From an uncultured Acidimicrobiia bacterium (GTDB taxonomy: Bacteria; Actinomycetota; Acidimicrobiia; Acidimicrobiales; JACDCH01), in assembly GCA_963721305.1 (NCBI GenBank), contig CAVRIR010000003.1:926511-990510 (forward strand): 64,000 bases of DNA, given 5' to 3'. The notes under the pieces are model-generated. The model did no database searches. It saw only the letters and a program-made list of their open reading frames with translations, and was not told the DNA's origin. Both the position numbers and the translations under genes were made by a program. Below, piece by piece: positions 1 to 9,651 of the stretch (its first letter is position 1; each line of letters opens with the position of its first letter).

Positions 1-180
1 CAGGACGTCGCCGTCGATGGTCGTGATGGTGCCCAGGATGCCGCTCGTGGTCATGACCTCGTCGCCCTCGTGGAGCGCCGAGACCACCGCCCGGTGGGCG
101 CGGACCCGCCGCTGCTGCGGCAGGATGACGACCAGCCAGGCGAGTGCGAGCATCGCGATGAAGAAGATGACTGCGCCCAT
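1..180 (-). CDS. yajC: preprotein translocase subunit YajC (3' end runs off the window)
   Basis: Hand translation of the minus strand from ATG (180-178) gives MGAVIFFIAMLALAWLVVILPQQRRVRAHRAVVSALHEGDEVMTTSGILGTITTIDGDVL. This is a TM helix followed by a YajC-like motif. It lies directly downstream of tgt, as in the conserved queA-tgt-yajC order. This frame is not listed in the ORF track. Confidence 0.7.
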   Translation of the reverse strand, partial: MGAVIFFIAMLALAWLVVILPQQRRVRAHRAVVSALHEGDEVMTTSGILGTITTIDGDVL

Positions 181-220
181 GGCGCCGACAACGGTAGCCG
201 CGATGACAAAGGCCCGATCC

Positions 221-1321
221 TCACCCCCAAATCTGGGCAGTGCGCTGGCGAAACGCGGCGAATTGCCCGTTGCGAACCGCGGTGCGCATGTCCTCGACGA
301 ACCGCAGCGTCCACGCGACGTTGTGGATGGTCACCAGCCGGGGACCCGTCGCCTCCCGCACTGACAGCAGGTGGCGGAGGTAACCCCGTGACCACTTCGC
401 GCACACGTGGCACGGACAGTCGGGATCGAGCGGCTCGTCGTCGGTGGCGAACCGGGCGTTGCGCAGGTTGAGGCGGCCGGCGTCGGTGAGGACAGTCCCG
501 TGGCGCCCGTGGCGCGTGGGCAGCACGCAGTCGAACAGGTCGACACCGGCGGCGACCGCCTCCACCAGCCCGGCCGGGTCGCCGACGCCCATCAGGTAGC
601 GGACTCGCTCGGCCGGCAACGCGCTGATCGCGGCGCGCAGCGCGGCAAGCATCTCGTCGCGGCGCTCCCCCACGGACAGGCCGCCGATCGCATAGCCGTC
701 GAACCCGATCGACACCGTGCGCTCGGCACTCTCGACCCGCAATCGCTCGTCGGTGCCGCCCTGCACGATCCCGAACAGCGCTTGATCCGCGCGCCGGTGC
801 GCGCTCTTCGCCCGCGCGGCCCACGCCGCAGTTCGTTCGACTGCGGTGCGCACAACCGCGTCGGACGAGGGCAACGGCGAACACACGTCGAGCACCATCT
901 GGATGTCCGCGCCGAGTTGTTCCTGGATCATCACCGCGCGCTCGGGCGTGAGGCGGTGGGTGCTGCCGTCGTACGTCGACCTGAAGGTGACGCCGTCGTC
1001 GTCGACCTTCGGTCGCAGGGAGAACACCTGGAAGCCACCCGAGTCGGTCAGCATCGGTCCGTCCCACCCCGTGAACCGATGCAGCCCTCCGAGCGCGTCG
1101 ACGACCTCGGCGCCCGGCTTCAACATCAGGTGGTACGTGTTCGCGAGGAGCAACTCGACGCCGAGGGTGCGCAGATCGTCGGCATCGAGCCCGCGAATGG
1201 CCCCTCGAGTGCCGACCGGCATGAAACACGGTGTCGTCACGACGCGACCGTTCGGCATGGATGCGCGCCCGGTGCGCGCATCGCCGTCGACGGCATCGAT
1301 CGCGATGTCGACCGTGTTCAT
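221..1321 (-). CDS. tgt: tRNA-guanine transglycosylase (queuine tRNA-ribosyltransferase)
   Basis: Part of track ORF 221..1753. The conserved sequence starts at MNTVD (ATG 1321-1319). Motifs present: TPCFMPVGT, LANTYHL, DSGGFQ, GLSVGE and the zinc site CxCxxC...H (DCPCHVC). The start overlaps the queA stop by 4 nt (ATGA). Confidence 0.9.
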   Translation of the reverse strand: MNTVDIAIDAVDGDARTGRASMPNGRVVTTPCFMPVGTRGAIRGLDADDLRTLGVELLLANTYHLMLKPGAEVVDALGGLHRFTGWDGPMLTDSGGFQVFSLRPKVDDDGVTFRSTYDGSTHRLTPERAVMIQEQLGADIQMVLDVCSPLPSSDAVVRTAVERTAAWAARAKSAHRRADQALFGIVQGGTDERLRVESAERTVSIGFDGYAIGGLSVGERRDEMLAALRAAISALPAERVRYLMGVGDPAGLVEAVAAGVDLFDCVLPTRHGRHGTVLTDAGRLNLRNARFATDDEPLDPDCPCHVCAKWSRGYLRHLLSVREATGPRLVTIHNVAWTLRFVEDMRTAVRNGQFAAFRQRTAQIWG

Positions 1322-2301
1322 CGAGTCCGCTCGACGAGCATCGCGTCGCCGAAGCTCAGGAACCGGTAGCCGTCCGCCAAGGCGATGTCGTACAGCTCGC
1401 GCCACCGTGGACCGACGAACGCGTCGATCAGCGCCAGCAGCGTCGTGCGGGGTACGTGGAAGTTCGTCAGCAGCACGTCGACCATCGCGAACCGGTAGCC
1501 ACGCGTGATGAAGAGGTCGGTGCGTCCCGCTTGCGTCCCCGTCGCCGCGGTCGCCTCGAGCGCGCGCACGACCGTCGTGCCGACCGCGACGACCCGATCC
1601 GCCGCGGCGCACGCGTCCAGGGTCTCCGTCGGAACGACGTACGCCTCGGTGTGCATCGCGTGGTCCTCGACGCGAGCTTCGGTGACCGGCCGGAACGTGT
1701 CGAGTCCCACCGCGAGCTCGACCGCGGCAACGCCGATGCCGCGCGCCCTGCATCGCTCGAGCACCGAGTCCGTGAGATGGAGTCCCGCGGTCGGCGCGGC
1801 GGCCGACACCGGCCGGCGGGCGTACACCGTCTGGTAACGCTCGGGATCGGCGAGCTTCGCGTGGATGTACGGCGGCAGCGGGATCTCGCCGGCGCCGGCG
1901 ATGTCTCCGTGCACCTGGAGTCGCCAGCGGCCTTCACCGAGTGGTTCGAGCACCGTCGCCTGCACCGCGTTGTCCGGGGAGCTGAGTTGCGTGCCGGCCC
2001 GGACGCGGCGGCTCGGACGCACCAGCGCCTCCCAAGCATCATCCGTCGGCTCGAGCAGCAGGACTTCCACCTCACCGCCGGTTGGCTTGCGCAGACGGAG
2101 CCGCGCCGGGCGCACGCGGCTGTCGTTGACCACGAGAAGATCGCCGGGCCGCAGGAGGTCCGGTAGGTCGGCCACGACGTGGTGCTCGACGCCCGCGGTT
2201 GCGCCCCGATCCACGAGCAGGCGAGCAGCGTCGCGCGGTTCCACCGGCTCTTGCGCGATGGAACTGTCGGGGAGCGGATAGTCGAGTTCGGAGACGTCCA
2301 A
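1318..2301 (-). CDS. queA: S-adenosylmethionine:tRNA ribosyltransferase-isomerase
   Basis: ORF 1318..2301 with a TTG start. Contains YPLP, PLPPYI and TNFHVPRTTLL motifs typical of QueA. Translationally coupled to tgt. Confidence 0.9.
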   Translation of the reverse strand: MDVSELDYPLPDSSIAQEPVEPRDAARLLVDRGATAGVEHHVVADLPDLLRPGDLLVVNDSRVRPARLRLRKPTGGEVEVLLLEPTDDAWEALVRPSRRVRAGTQLSSPDNAVQATVLEPLGEGRWRLQVHGDIAGAGEIPLPPYIHAKLADPERYQTVYARRPVSAAAPTAGLHLTDSVLERCRARGIGVAAVELAVGLDTFRPVTEARVEDHAMHTEAYVVPTETLDACAAADRVVAVGTTVVRALEATAATGTQAGRTDLFITRGYRFAMVDVLLTNFHVPRTTLLALIDAFVGPRWRELYDIALADGYRFLSFGDAMLVERTR

Positions 2302-2313
2302 GCGCTGCTGGTC

Positions 2314-3351
2314 TTAGCCGAACAGCCCTGGAGGCGCGTCACCCGGAGCGTGCTCGGGTACGGCGATGCCGAGGTGCTCCCATGCCGCCGGTGTCGCGAC
2401 GCGTCCGCGGTGGGTCCGCATCAGGAGGCCCTGCTGGATGAGGAACGGCTCGTACACGTCTTCGACCGTCTCTTCGGGTTCGCCCACGGAGATGGCGAGG
2501 GTCTTGAGTCCGACCGGTCCGCCCCCGAAGCGGCTGCACAATGCGTCGAGCACGGCGCGGTCGACCTTGTCGAGGCCTCGCTCGTCGACGCCGAACACCG
2601 TGAGGCCTTCGTGCGCGGTCGGGCCGTCGACGACGCCACCGCCCCGAACCTCGGCGAAGTCTCGGCTCCGGCGCAACAGTCGGTTGGCGATGCGCGGCGT
2701 GCCCCGTGCCCGTCGCGCGATCTCGTTCGCCCCTCGCTCGTCGGCCTGCACGCCGAGGATGTCGGCCGCCCGCACGACGATCGACTCCAGATCGTCGACC
2801 TCGTAGTAGTCGAGCCGCGCGACGAGGCCGAACCGGTCGCGCAGCGGCCCCGTGATGAGCCCGGTGCGGGTGGTCGCACCGACGAGCGTGAAGCGGGGAA
2901 GGTCGAGCCGGATCGAACGCGCCGCCGGACCCTTCCCGAGAACGATGTCGAGCTGGAAGTCCTCCATCGCCGGGTACAGGACCTCTTCGACCGCACGGGG
3001 CAGCCGGTGGATCTCGTCGATGAACAGCACGTCGCCTTCGTCGAGGTTCGTCAGCACGGCGGCGAGATCGCCGGCCCGTTCGATCGCTGGACCGGACGTG
3101 ATGTGCAGCCGGACGTCGAGCTCGTTGGCGACGATGTGCGACAGCGTCGTCTTGCCGAGGCCGGGAGGCCCGGCGAACAACAGATGGTCGGCGGCCTGAC
3201 CGCGGGCGCGAGCCGCCTCGAGGATGATCGAGAGGTGTTCGCGCAGCTCGGCTTGACCGACGAAGTCCTGCAGACGCCGCGGTCGCAGACCGCCGTCTTC
3301 CGCCACTTCGTCGCCGGGGATGGGCTCGGGACTCAACAGCTCCTCGCGCAC
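2314..3351 (-). CDS. ruvB: Holliday junction branch migration helicase RuvB
   Basis: ORF 2314..3351 with a GTG start. Walker [10 protein letters not shown], Walker B DEIHRL, and overall RuvB-like sequence. Confidence 0.95.
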   Translation of the reverse strand: MREELLSPEPIPGDEVAEDGGLRPRRLQDFVGQAELREHLSIILEAARARGQAADHLLFAGPPGLGKTTLSHIVANELDVRLHITSGPAIERAGDLAAVLTNLDEGDVLFIDEIHRLPRAVEEVLYPAMEDFQLDIVLGKGPAARSIRLDLPRFTLVGATTRTGLITGPLRDRFGLVARLDYYEVDDLESIVVRAADILGVQADERGANEIARRARGTPRIANRLLRRSRDFAEVRGGGVVDGPTAHEGLTVFGVDERGLDKVDRAVLDALCSRFGGGPVGLKTLAISVGEPEETVEDVYEPFLIQQGLLMRTHRGRVATPAAWEHLGIAVPEHAPGDAPPGLFG

Positions 3352-3353
3352 GC

Positions 3354-3974
3354 TTACCGCCTCACCAGCGCGAGCGTTTGCAACGCCTGCTTGAGCAGCA
3401 ACGACACGTCACCTTCGTCGGGCACGTCGGCGAGCGCGTCACGGATCTCGTCGGGCGCGTAGCCGAGACCGGCCAGCGCGTCGCGCACGTCGGCCCGAAT
3501 CGAGGGTGCGCTTCGACCTCGACTGCCGTTGCCGTCGGAGCCGATCGCCGCTGACGTGAGGTCGACGTCCGCCGCGCTCAACCGAGACTTGAGCTCGACC
3601 AGCAGGCGTGTCGCGGTCTTCTTGCCGACACCCGGCACGAGACACAGCGACGCGATGTCGTCATCGGCGAGCGTGCGTTGCAGCGACTCGGGGCTGTGCA
3701 CCGAGAGGATCGCGAGCGCGAGCGCCGGGCCGACGCCGTGCGCGCCGAGCAGGGCTTCGAAGCACCGTCGCTCACCTACGGATGCGAAGCCGTACAACGT
3801 CTGGGCGTCTTCACGGACGTGGTGGTGGATGTGGACGAGCACGTCGTCGCCAACATCACCGAGCGCGACCACCGTCGCCGGCGACACGGTGACCCGGTAC
3901 CCGATGCCATTGACCTCGACCAGCACCTCGTCCTCGGACCGATCGAGCAACCGACCCCGCAAGGACCCGATCAC
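3354..3974 (-). CDS. ruvA: Holliday junction DNA-binding protein RuvA
   Basis: Conserved part of ORF 3354..4433 begins at VIGSLRG (GTG 3974-3972), overlapping the ruvC stop as GTGA. The HhH motif region PGVGKKTA is present. Confidence 0.9.
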   Translation of the reverse strand: MIGSLRGRLLDRSEDEVLVEVNGIGYRVTVSPATVVALGDVGDDVLVHIHHHVREDAQTLYGFASVGERRCFEALLGAHGVGPALALAILSVHSPESLQRTLADDDIASLCLVPGVGKKTATRLLVELKSRLSAADVDLTSAAIGSDGNGSRGRSAPSIRADVRDALAGLGYAPDEIRDALADVPDEGDVSLLLKQALQTLALVRR

Positions 3975-4468
3975 GAGCTCGCGACCCTGCGCAGCATCGG
4001 CGCGTGCGCGATGTGGCACAACGCGAGCGCCACCGCGTCCGCGGCATCGACAGGACGCAGCGGTTGGTCGATGCCGAGCAGCCGCTGCACCATGCGCTCG
4101 ACCTCGTCCTTCCCGGCGCCGCCCCATCCGGCGACGGCCTGCTTGACCTCGTTCGGACCGTACTGCGCGACCTCGCAGCCGGCGTTGATGGCCTCGGCCA
4201 TGACAACGCCGCTCGCTTGTCCAACGGACATCGCGGTGCGCACGTTGGTCTGGAAGTAGACCCGCTCGATGGCGACGACCGCCGGGGCCGTCTGCTCGAG
4301 CAGCGCCCGTACCTCGAGCTGGAGCTCGGCGAGCCGCTCGGGCAGCGGCGACGACGCCGGTGTCGTCAGCACGCCGGCCGCGACCGCCCTCGAACGGCCT
4401 GCGGGCAGCGCCTCGAGCACGCCGTAGCCGCACCGCGACAGCCCCGGATCGATGCCCAACACGAACAC
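3971..4468 (-). CDS. ruvC: crossover junction endodeoxyribonuclease RuvC
   Basis: ORF 3971..4468. Starts (V)FVLGIDPG and contains AIERVYF and DAADAVALA, which are RuvC signatures. GTG start; a second GTG two codons downstream is also possible. Confidence 0.9.
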   Translation of the reverse strand: MFVLGIDPGLSRCGYGVLEALPAGRSRAVAAGVLTTPASSPLPERLAELQLEVRALLEQTAPAVVAIERVYFQTNVRTAMSVGQASGVVMAEAINAGCEVAQYGPNEVKQAVAGWGGAGKDEVERMVQRLLGIDQPLRPVDAADAVALALCHIAHAPMLRRVASS

Positions 4469-4547
4469 GCGTACGACGCTAGCCCGCGGCCCGGCGCCGG
4501 ACAGCGGACCCGCCGGACGCGCCCATTGCCGACGGCCTCCTCCCCAT

Positions 4548-4597
4548 CGTTCTGGCGTCGGATCCGGCGGATATCCGCCGTTGCTGACGCCAGAACG
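4548..4597. promoter_or_regulatory. nested palindrome in the ruvC / membrane-protein divergent intergenic region (candidate operator or 5'UTR structure)
   Basis: The outer 12-bp perfect inverted repeat CGTTCTGGCGTC / GACGCCAGAACG encloses a perfect 16-bp palindrome CGGCGGATATCCGCCG (4565-4580). Confidence 0.35.
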
Positions 4598-4656
4598 TCG
4601 AAGTCAGGCCTCGACCGTCTCCAAGATGTCGTCGGGGATTCTTTCGATTTAGTCCG

Positions 4657-6438
4657 TTGAGATCGGGAGCTACACGATTGCAGCGAACCCAGCGATCGCT
4701 GGTCTGGTCCGCTCAGGAGCCGACATTCCCGACGGGCGCTGTGCTTGTGACCTGCGTGCTGTCACGGTCTGGCGCACCCATCGGTGGTGTGCGTCAGGAT
4801 GGAGGTGTGGCGGGTAGTCGGGGGAGTCGGGTCGGTGTGGTGGGTTATCTGGCTGCGCCGTTGTTGACCGGGTTGCCGATGTTGGTGGGGTTGGTCGCGT
4901 CGGTCGTCGGGCTAGTGACGACGCGGTATCCGGACATCGGTTGGGCACAGACGGTGGGAAACGACGGACGGGCACTGGCGACAGGTCATCCGCTGTATGC
5001 GAATCCGGCGACGCACTACACGGCGATGTTGTACGGGCCGACCACCGCGGTGCTCTTGGCTCCGTTGTACCGGGTGTATTGGTGGGATGGCTGGGCGATG
5101 GTCTTGTCGATCATCGCGACGGTCGGACTTGTCGCGCTGGTGGGTGTGCTCGCGGCCGCGCGCCGATCTGGCGTCCCAGTGTGGCAACAGGTGACAGCCG
5201 GTGTCGGTGTCGGTTTCACGGTGTTGTGGATCGTGTGGGTAAGCCAGTCCGCGGCGGTTTTCCGTGGCAAGGTCGATGAGCTCGGGTGGTTGTTGGCCTT
5301 GGGCGGGCTGTGCGCGTTCGTAAGTTTCGCTGCGGGTCGCACGGTCCGGTTGTGGCCGACGGTGGTGCTGTTGACCGGGGCCGTGTGGACCAAGCAGACG
5401 ACCGGTGGCGCGCTCGTCGCGGTGCTGGTGGTGGCGATCTGGTGGGCCTGGCGTCGCGCTCTGCCTTGGCGGGCTGTTCATCGCCTTGTCGTGGGTCTTG
5501 CTGCACTCAACGTGGGCGTGCTGCTCGCTCTGCTGGTCGCGACCCGCGGGTGGGTGTGGTTCACGATGTTCGAAATCGCCGCCCGGAAGTACAGCGATCC
5601 TGGCGTGCTGTCCTATCTGTCTGAAGCAACTCGTCTGCTTGCCCTGCCGGTGCTCGCTGTGGTCATCATCTATGCCGCGTCGCTGCGTGGCGGTCAATCT
5701 CCCTCCCGTGGCTCTCGGCCGTCCGTCACTCGTCTTCTCGGGTTTGTTCTCGTGGTGTTCGTGGTGGTCGAGTTGGTTCCGGCGTTCGTTGGTCGGCGAC
5801 AGTCGGGCGGGTCAATTGATGCCTATCTCGGGATCCTTTGGGCGCTCGGAATGCTTCTGGCGTTGGCGTATCGAGCTGGCTGGACGAACACCCGAGCGCG
5901 CATGGCCGGAACGGTGGTGTTCGTAGCGATCGCCGCGGTCGGCGTTGTCGGCCCCGTCGGCGATGTCTTCGCCCGTGAGAATGTCGTGACACCAACCGTC
6001 GCTCCCCGCCAGGAGGTCGCGCCGATCAATCCCAAGGTCATCGACTTCGCGCGGACTCATCTCGTGTGGGAAAGCCAACTCGGTGTCGTCGCGCCGAAGC
6101 AGACATCACCGGTGGCGTTTCCCGCGCAAGCCAACCTCAACGACGTTCTCGCCGCCGGTGAACCGGTCACCTACTTCGTCGACGCGCTCGCGCAACGACG
6201 GTTCGACGCGGTGACAATGATCGAGCCACTGGCCGAGGGCTATGTCGCCGCAGGCGGTCGCATGAACGGTGAGTACATCGCTGCCCTCAACGAACTCATC
6301 CAGCGCGGCTACGCAGCTCGTCAGCCGGGTGTCCCTGGATCACTCCTCGGAAGACGACCCGGATCAATCGACCTGTCCTGGGCCCCGGCGTGCTTCAACA
6401 CCCCCCACCCCGCCGCGTGCGTCGCACAAGGCCACTAA
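4657..6438 (+). CDS. polytopic integral membrane protein with a C-terminal extracytoplasmic domain (possibly GT-C-like glycosyltransferase; function unknown)
   Basis: ORF 4657..6438. Roughly ten or more hydrophobic segments are followed by a soluble tail of about 150 aa. The start is uncertain: TTG at 4657, with internal GTG/ATG candidates near 4800-4880. Codon usage looks atypical for the window, with frequent TTG/GTT/GGT codons. Confidence 0.6.
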   Translation: MRSGATRLQRTQRSLVWSAQEPTFPTGAVLVTCVLSRSGAPIGGVRQDGGVAGSRGSRVGVVGYLAAPLLTGLPMLVGLVASVVGLVTTRYPDIGWAQTVGNDGRALATGHPLYANPATHYTAMLYGPTTAVLLAPLYRVYWWDGWAMVLSIIATVGLVALVGVLAAARRSGVPVWQQVTAGVGVGFTVLWIVWVSQSAAVFRGKVDELGWLLALGGLCAFVSFAAGRTVRLWPTVVLLTGAVWTKQTTGGALVAVLVVAIWWAWRRALPWRAVHRLVVGLAALNVGVLLALLVATRGWVWFTMFEIAARKYSDPGVLSYLSEATRLLALPVLAVVIIYAASLRGGQSPSRGSRPSVTRLLGFVLVVFVVVELVPAFVGRRQSGGSIDAYLGILWALGMLLALAYRAGWTNTRARMAGTVVFVAIAAVGVVGPVGDVFARENVVTPTVAPRQEVAPINPKVIDFARTHLVWESQLGVVAPKQTSPVAFPAQANLNDVLAAGEPVTYFVDALAQRRFDAVTMIEPLAEGYVAAGGRMNGEYIAALNELIQRGYAARQPGVPGSLLGRRPGSIDLSWAPACFNTPHPAACVAQGH

Positions 6439-6512
6439 ACACAGCCCGCTAGCGCGAGACGTGCCAACGCGTAGTGGCACCCGCTCGTTCGGCCGTGCGG
6501 GCAATGTGGTTT

Positions 6513-7262
6513 TTACACGGACTGGTCTGCGAGGATCTCGTCAGGGATGTCGAAGTTGGCGTGGACGTTCTGCACGTCGTCGTGCTCGTCGAGCGCGTCG
6601 ATGAGGCGGAGGACCTTCTTCGCACTTTCCACGTCGGTCAGTGGGATCGTCGTCTGTGGGACCATCGTGAGGTCCGCCGAATCGACGGCCATGCCGGCTT
6701 CCTCGATGGCCGATCGGACCTTGTGCAGATCCGTCGGTGAGGTGGTGACCCGCCACAGCTCACCGTCGTCGGCAATGTCCTCCGCACCGGCGTCGAGCGC
6801 GACGAGCATGAGGTCGTCCTCTACGACCTTGCGATCCACCAGCACCTCACCCTTGCGGTCGAACTGCCACGCGACCGCGCCGGGTTCGGCGATCGAACCG
6901 CCGGTGCGGCTGAACAAGCTGCGGACGTCTGCGCCGGTGCGATTGCGGTTGTCGGTGAGCACTTCGACCAGCACGGCGACGCCACCGGACGCGTAGCCCT
7001 CGTACGTGATCTGCTCGTAGGTGACTCCCTCGAGCTCGCCGGTGCCGCGCTTGATGGCGCGCTCGATGGTGTCCATCGGGATCGAGGCGTCACGCGCCTT
7101 CTGGAACATCGTGCGCAACGTGGGATTGGCGTCCGGATCGCCGCCGCCTTCACGCGCCGCGACCTCGACCTGGCGCAGGACCTTGGCGAACAACTTGCCG
7201 CGCGCCTTGTCCTTCGCGCCCTTCTGGTGCTTGATGGTCGCCCATTTCGAGTGACCTGACAT
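6513..7262 (-). CDS. YebC/PmpR family DNA-binding transcriptional regulator
   Basis: ORF 6513..7262 starts MSGHSKWATIKHQKGAKDKARGKLFAK, the hallmark YebC N-terminus. Confidence 0.9.
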   Translation of the reverse strand: MSGHSKWATIKHQKGAKDKARGKLFAKVLRQVEVAAREGGGDPDANPTLRTMFQKARDASIPMDTIERAIKRGTGELEGVTYEQITYEGYASGGVAVLVEVLTDNRNRTGADVRSLFSRTGGSIAEPGAVAWQFDRKGEVLVDRKVVEDDLMLVALDAGAEDIADDGELWRVTTSPTDLHKVRSAIEEAGMAVDSADLTMVPQTTIPLTDVESAKKVLRLIDALDEHDDVQNVHANFDIPDEILADQSV

Positions 7263-7265
7263 GGC

Positions 7266-7835
7266 TCAGACTCCTTCGAGGAAGAGACGGTGGATGCGAT
7301 CGTCGTCCGACAGCTCGGGATGGAACGCCGCGGCGAGCACGGGACCGTCGCGGACGAGCACCGGCTTGGCGTCGACGCGGGCGAGCACGTCGACGTCCGG
7401 ACCGGCGCGCTCGACGAACGGTGCACGGATGAACACCGCGTGGAAGGGGCCGCCGTCGAGGCCGTCGACGTCGAGATCGCTCTCGAAGCTGTCGACCTGG
7501 CGACCGAACGCGTTGCGGCGCACGTCGATGTCGAGCGCGCCGAGGCTGCGCTGATCGGGGCGGCCGTCGAGCACGTTCGACGCGAGCAGGATCATCCCCG
7601 CACACGTACCGAATGCCGGCATGCCGTCACGCAGCCGCTCGCTCACCGGCTCACGGAGCCCGGACGTGTCGAGCAACATCGACATCGTCGTCGACTCGCC
7701 GCCGGGCAGGATCAGCGCATCGACGCCGTCGAGGTCGAGGGCGGTGCGAACTTCGCGCGCTTCAGCGTCGAGCGAGCCCAGCACCCGAGCGTGCGTGGCG
7801 AACGCACCCTGCAGGGCCAAGATGCCGATCTTCAC
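7266..7835 (-). CDS. pdxT: pyridoxal 5'-phosphate synthase glutaminase subunit PdxT
   Basis: Conserved part of ORF 7266..8102 starts at VKIGILALQG (GTG 7835-7833). Contains LILPGGESTT, GTCAG (catalytic Cys) and FHPE. Confidence 0.9.
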   Translation of the reverse strand: MKIGILALQGAFATHARVLGSLDAEAREVRTALDLDGVDALILPGGESTTMSMLLDTSGLREPVSERLRDGMPAFGTCAGMILLASNVLDGRPDQRSLGALDIDVRRNAFGRQVDSFESDLDVDGLDGGPFHAVFIRAPFVERAGPDVDVLARVDAKPVLVRDGPVLAAAFHPELSDDDRIHRLFLEGV

Positions 7836-7916
7836 CTGGAGGCCTCTGACGCATCGGCGATCGAGTGTAGAGGCGTGCATTGGGTGGCGGCACGGTCGAA
7901 ACGGCAGGCTGACCCG

Positions 7917-8750
7917 ATGACAACCGCCATCGCGACCGGCCTCGATCGTTTCGGCGGCGTCGAGCCCGGCCCCGAGGTCGTCGCCGCCGCGCTCGCGTGC
8001 CAGCGACGCCGCCTGAGCGAGCTGTTCCGCACGTTCGACGAGCCGCAGTGGCAGGCACAGAGCAGGTGCAGCGACTGGACGATCCACCACGTCGTGCGCC
8101 ACGTCGTCGACGCCGCCACCATCGACGGCGAGCTGCTTCGGGGCGAGGGCCCACGAAACGACCAGGGCCGCGTCGATCCGCGATCCGATCCCGACAGGTG
8201 GCTCACGGCATCCGACGGTCAGTCACCGTCGGACACCATCGCCGCGTTCGACGCCGCGTCGAGCGCCGAGCAGGCCGCGTTCGAGCAACACAGCCGCGAG
8301 GGCGGCGACGAGATGCTTCCCGGTCCCTACGGTCCGTTGCACTGGACGACGCTGGCGGCGCACCTCTTCTGGGACGGGTGGCTGCACGAGCGCGACATCC
8401 TCGTGCCCCTCGGCCGCCCACACGCGGCGACCGCCGAAGAGGATCGGCTCGCCGCGCTCTACGCGCTCGCGGTCAGCGCGACCACGCCGACGTTCGTAGG
8501 CGGCACGGTCAACGCCACGCTCGAGCTGACCGGAGGGCCAAGGGGCGTCTACGACGTCGTCGCCTCCGCCGATGGCACGCGGGTGCGGTTCCTCGACGGA
8601 GCGAAGACGGCAGACGCGCGCGCCGACCTCGCAGCATTGATCGACTCGCTGGCCGGTCGAGGGCCCGACGTCGACGAGGTAGCCGAGGGACCGCCCGAAC
8701 TGATCGACCAGCTCAAGATGCTGCGGGCGTTCCTGCTCCCGGCGTCGTGA
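7917..8750 (+). CDS. DinB-like / mycothiol-dependent maleylpyruvate isomerase N-terminal domain family protein
   Basis: In frame within ORF 7290..8750, starting at ATG 7917 (MTTAIATGLDRF...). Contains a W.(I/V)..V..H motif and a C-terminal SCP2-like tail. The family call is from recollection. Confidence 0.7.
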   Translation: MTTAIATGLDRFGGVEPGPEVVAAALACQRRRLSELFRTFDEPQWQAQSRCSDWTIHHVVRHVVDAATIDGELLRGEGPRNDQGRVDPRSDPDRWLTASDGQSPSDTIAAFDAASSAEQAAFEQHSREGGDEMLPGPYGPLHWTTLAAHLFWDGWLHERDILVPLGRPHAATAEEDRLAALYALAVSATTPTFVGGTVNATLELTGGPRGVYDVVASADGTRVRFLDGAKTADARADLAALIDSLAGRGPDVDEVAEGPPELIDQLKMLRAFLLPAS

Positions 8751-9635
8751 CTACCAGCCGCGCTCGGCCAGCTTGACGTCGAGCTCGCCGATGTCCTGAC
8801 CGCGCATCGGCGTGCCGAGACCGCGACTCACCTTCGCAAGGATGTCGGGATCGCGGTAGTGCGTCGTCGCCTCGACGATCGCCTTGGCGCGAGCGGGCGG
8901 GTTGTCGGACTTGAAGATGCCCGAACCGACGAACACGGCCTCGGCCCCGAGTTGCATCACGAGCGACGCGTCGGCCGGCGTGGCGATGCCGCCGGCGCAG
9001 AACAACGGCACCGGCAGCACGCCGGTCTCGGCGATCTCCTGGACGAGCCCGACCGGCGACTGCAATCGCTTCGCCCAGTCGTAGACCTCAGCGGAATCGG
9101 CCTGGGTGATCTTGCGCATGTCGCCGAGGATCGACCGCAGGTGCCGCACCGCCTCGACGATGTTGCCGGTGCCCGCCTCGCCCTTCGAGCGGATCATCGC
9201 CGCGCCCTCGCTGATGCGGCGCAGCGCCTCACCGAGGTTGGTCGCGCCGCAGACGAACGGAACGGTGAACCGCCACTTGTCGATGTGGTGCGCCTCATCA
9301 GCGGGCGTCAGCACCTCGGACTCGTCGACGTAGTCGACACCGAGCGCCTCGAGGATCTGCGCTTCCGCGATGTGACCGATGCGCGCCTTGGCCATCACGG
9401 GAATCGTCACCGTCGCCTTGATGCCCTCGATCATCTCGGGATCGCTCATGCGGGCGACACCGCCGTCGCGCCGGATGTCGGCGGGCACCCTTTCGAGTGC
9501 CATCACCGACGAGGCGCCGGCATCTTCGGCGATCTTCGCCTGTTCGGGGGTGACGACGTCCATGACGACGCCGCCCTTCAGCATCTCGGCCAGACCCCGC
9601 TTGACGCGGAACGTGCCGGTCTCGTGCGTGCTCAC
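8751..9635 (-). CDS. pdxS: pyridoxal 5'-phosphate synthase lyase subunit PdxS
   Basis: ORF 8751..9635. Contains [27 protein letters not shown] and GEAGTGN. Its stop abuts the stop of the convergent DinB-like gene. Confidence 0.95.
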   Translation of the reverse strand: MSTHETGTFRVKRGLAEMLKGGVVMDVVTPEQAKIAEDAGASSVMALERVPADIRRDGGVARMSDPEMIEGIKATVTIPVMAKARIGHIAEAQILEALGVDYVDESEVLTPADEAHHIDKWRFTVPFVCGATNLGEALRRISEGAAMIRSKGEAGTGNIVEAVRHLRSILGDMRKITQADSAEVYDWAKRLQSPVGLVQEIAETGVLPVPLFCAGGIATPADASLVMQLGAEAVFVGSGIFKSDNPPARAKAIVEATTHYRDPDILAKVSRGLGTPMRGQDIGELDVKLAERGW

Positions 9636-9651
9636 ATCGGGAGTCTATTTG

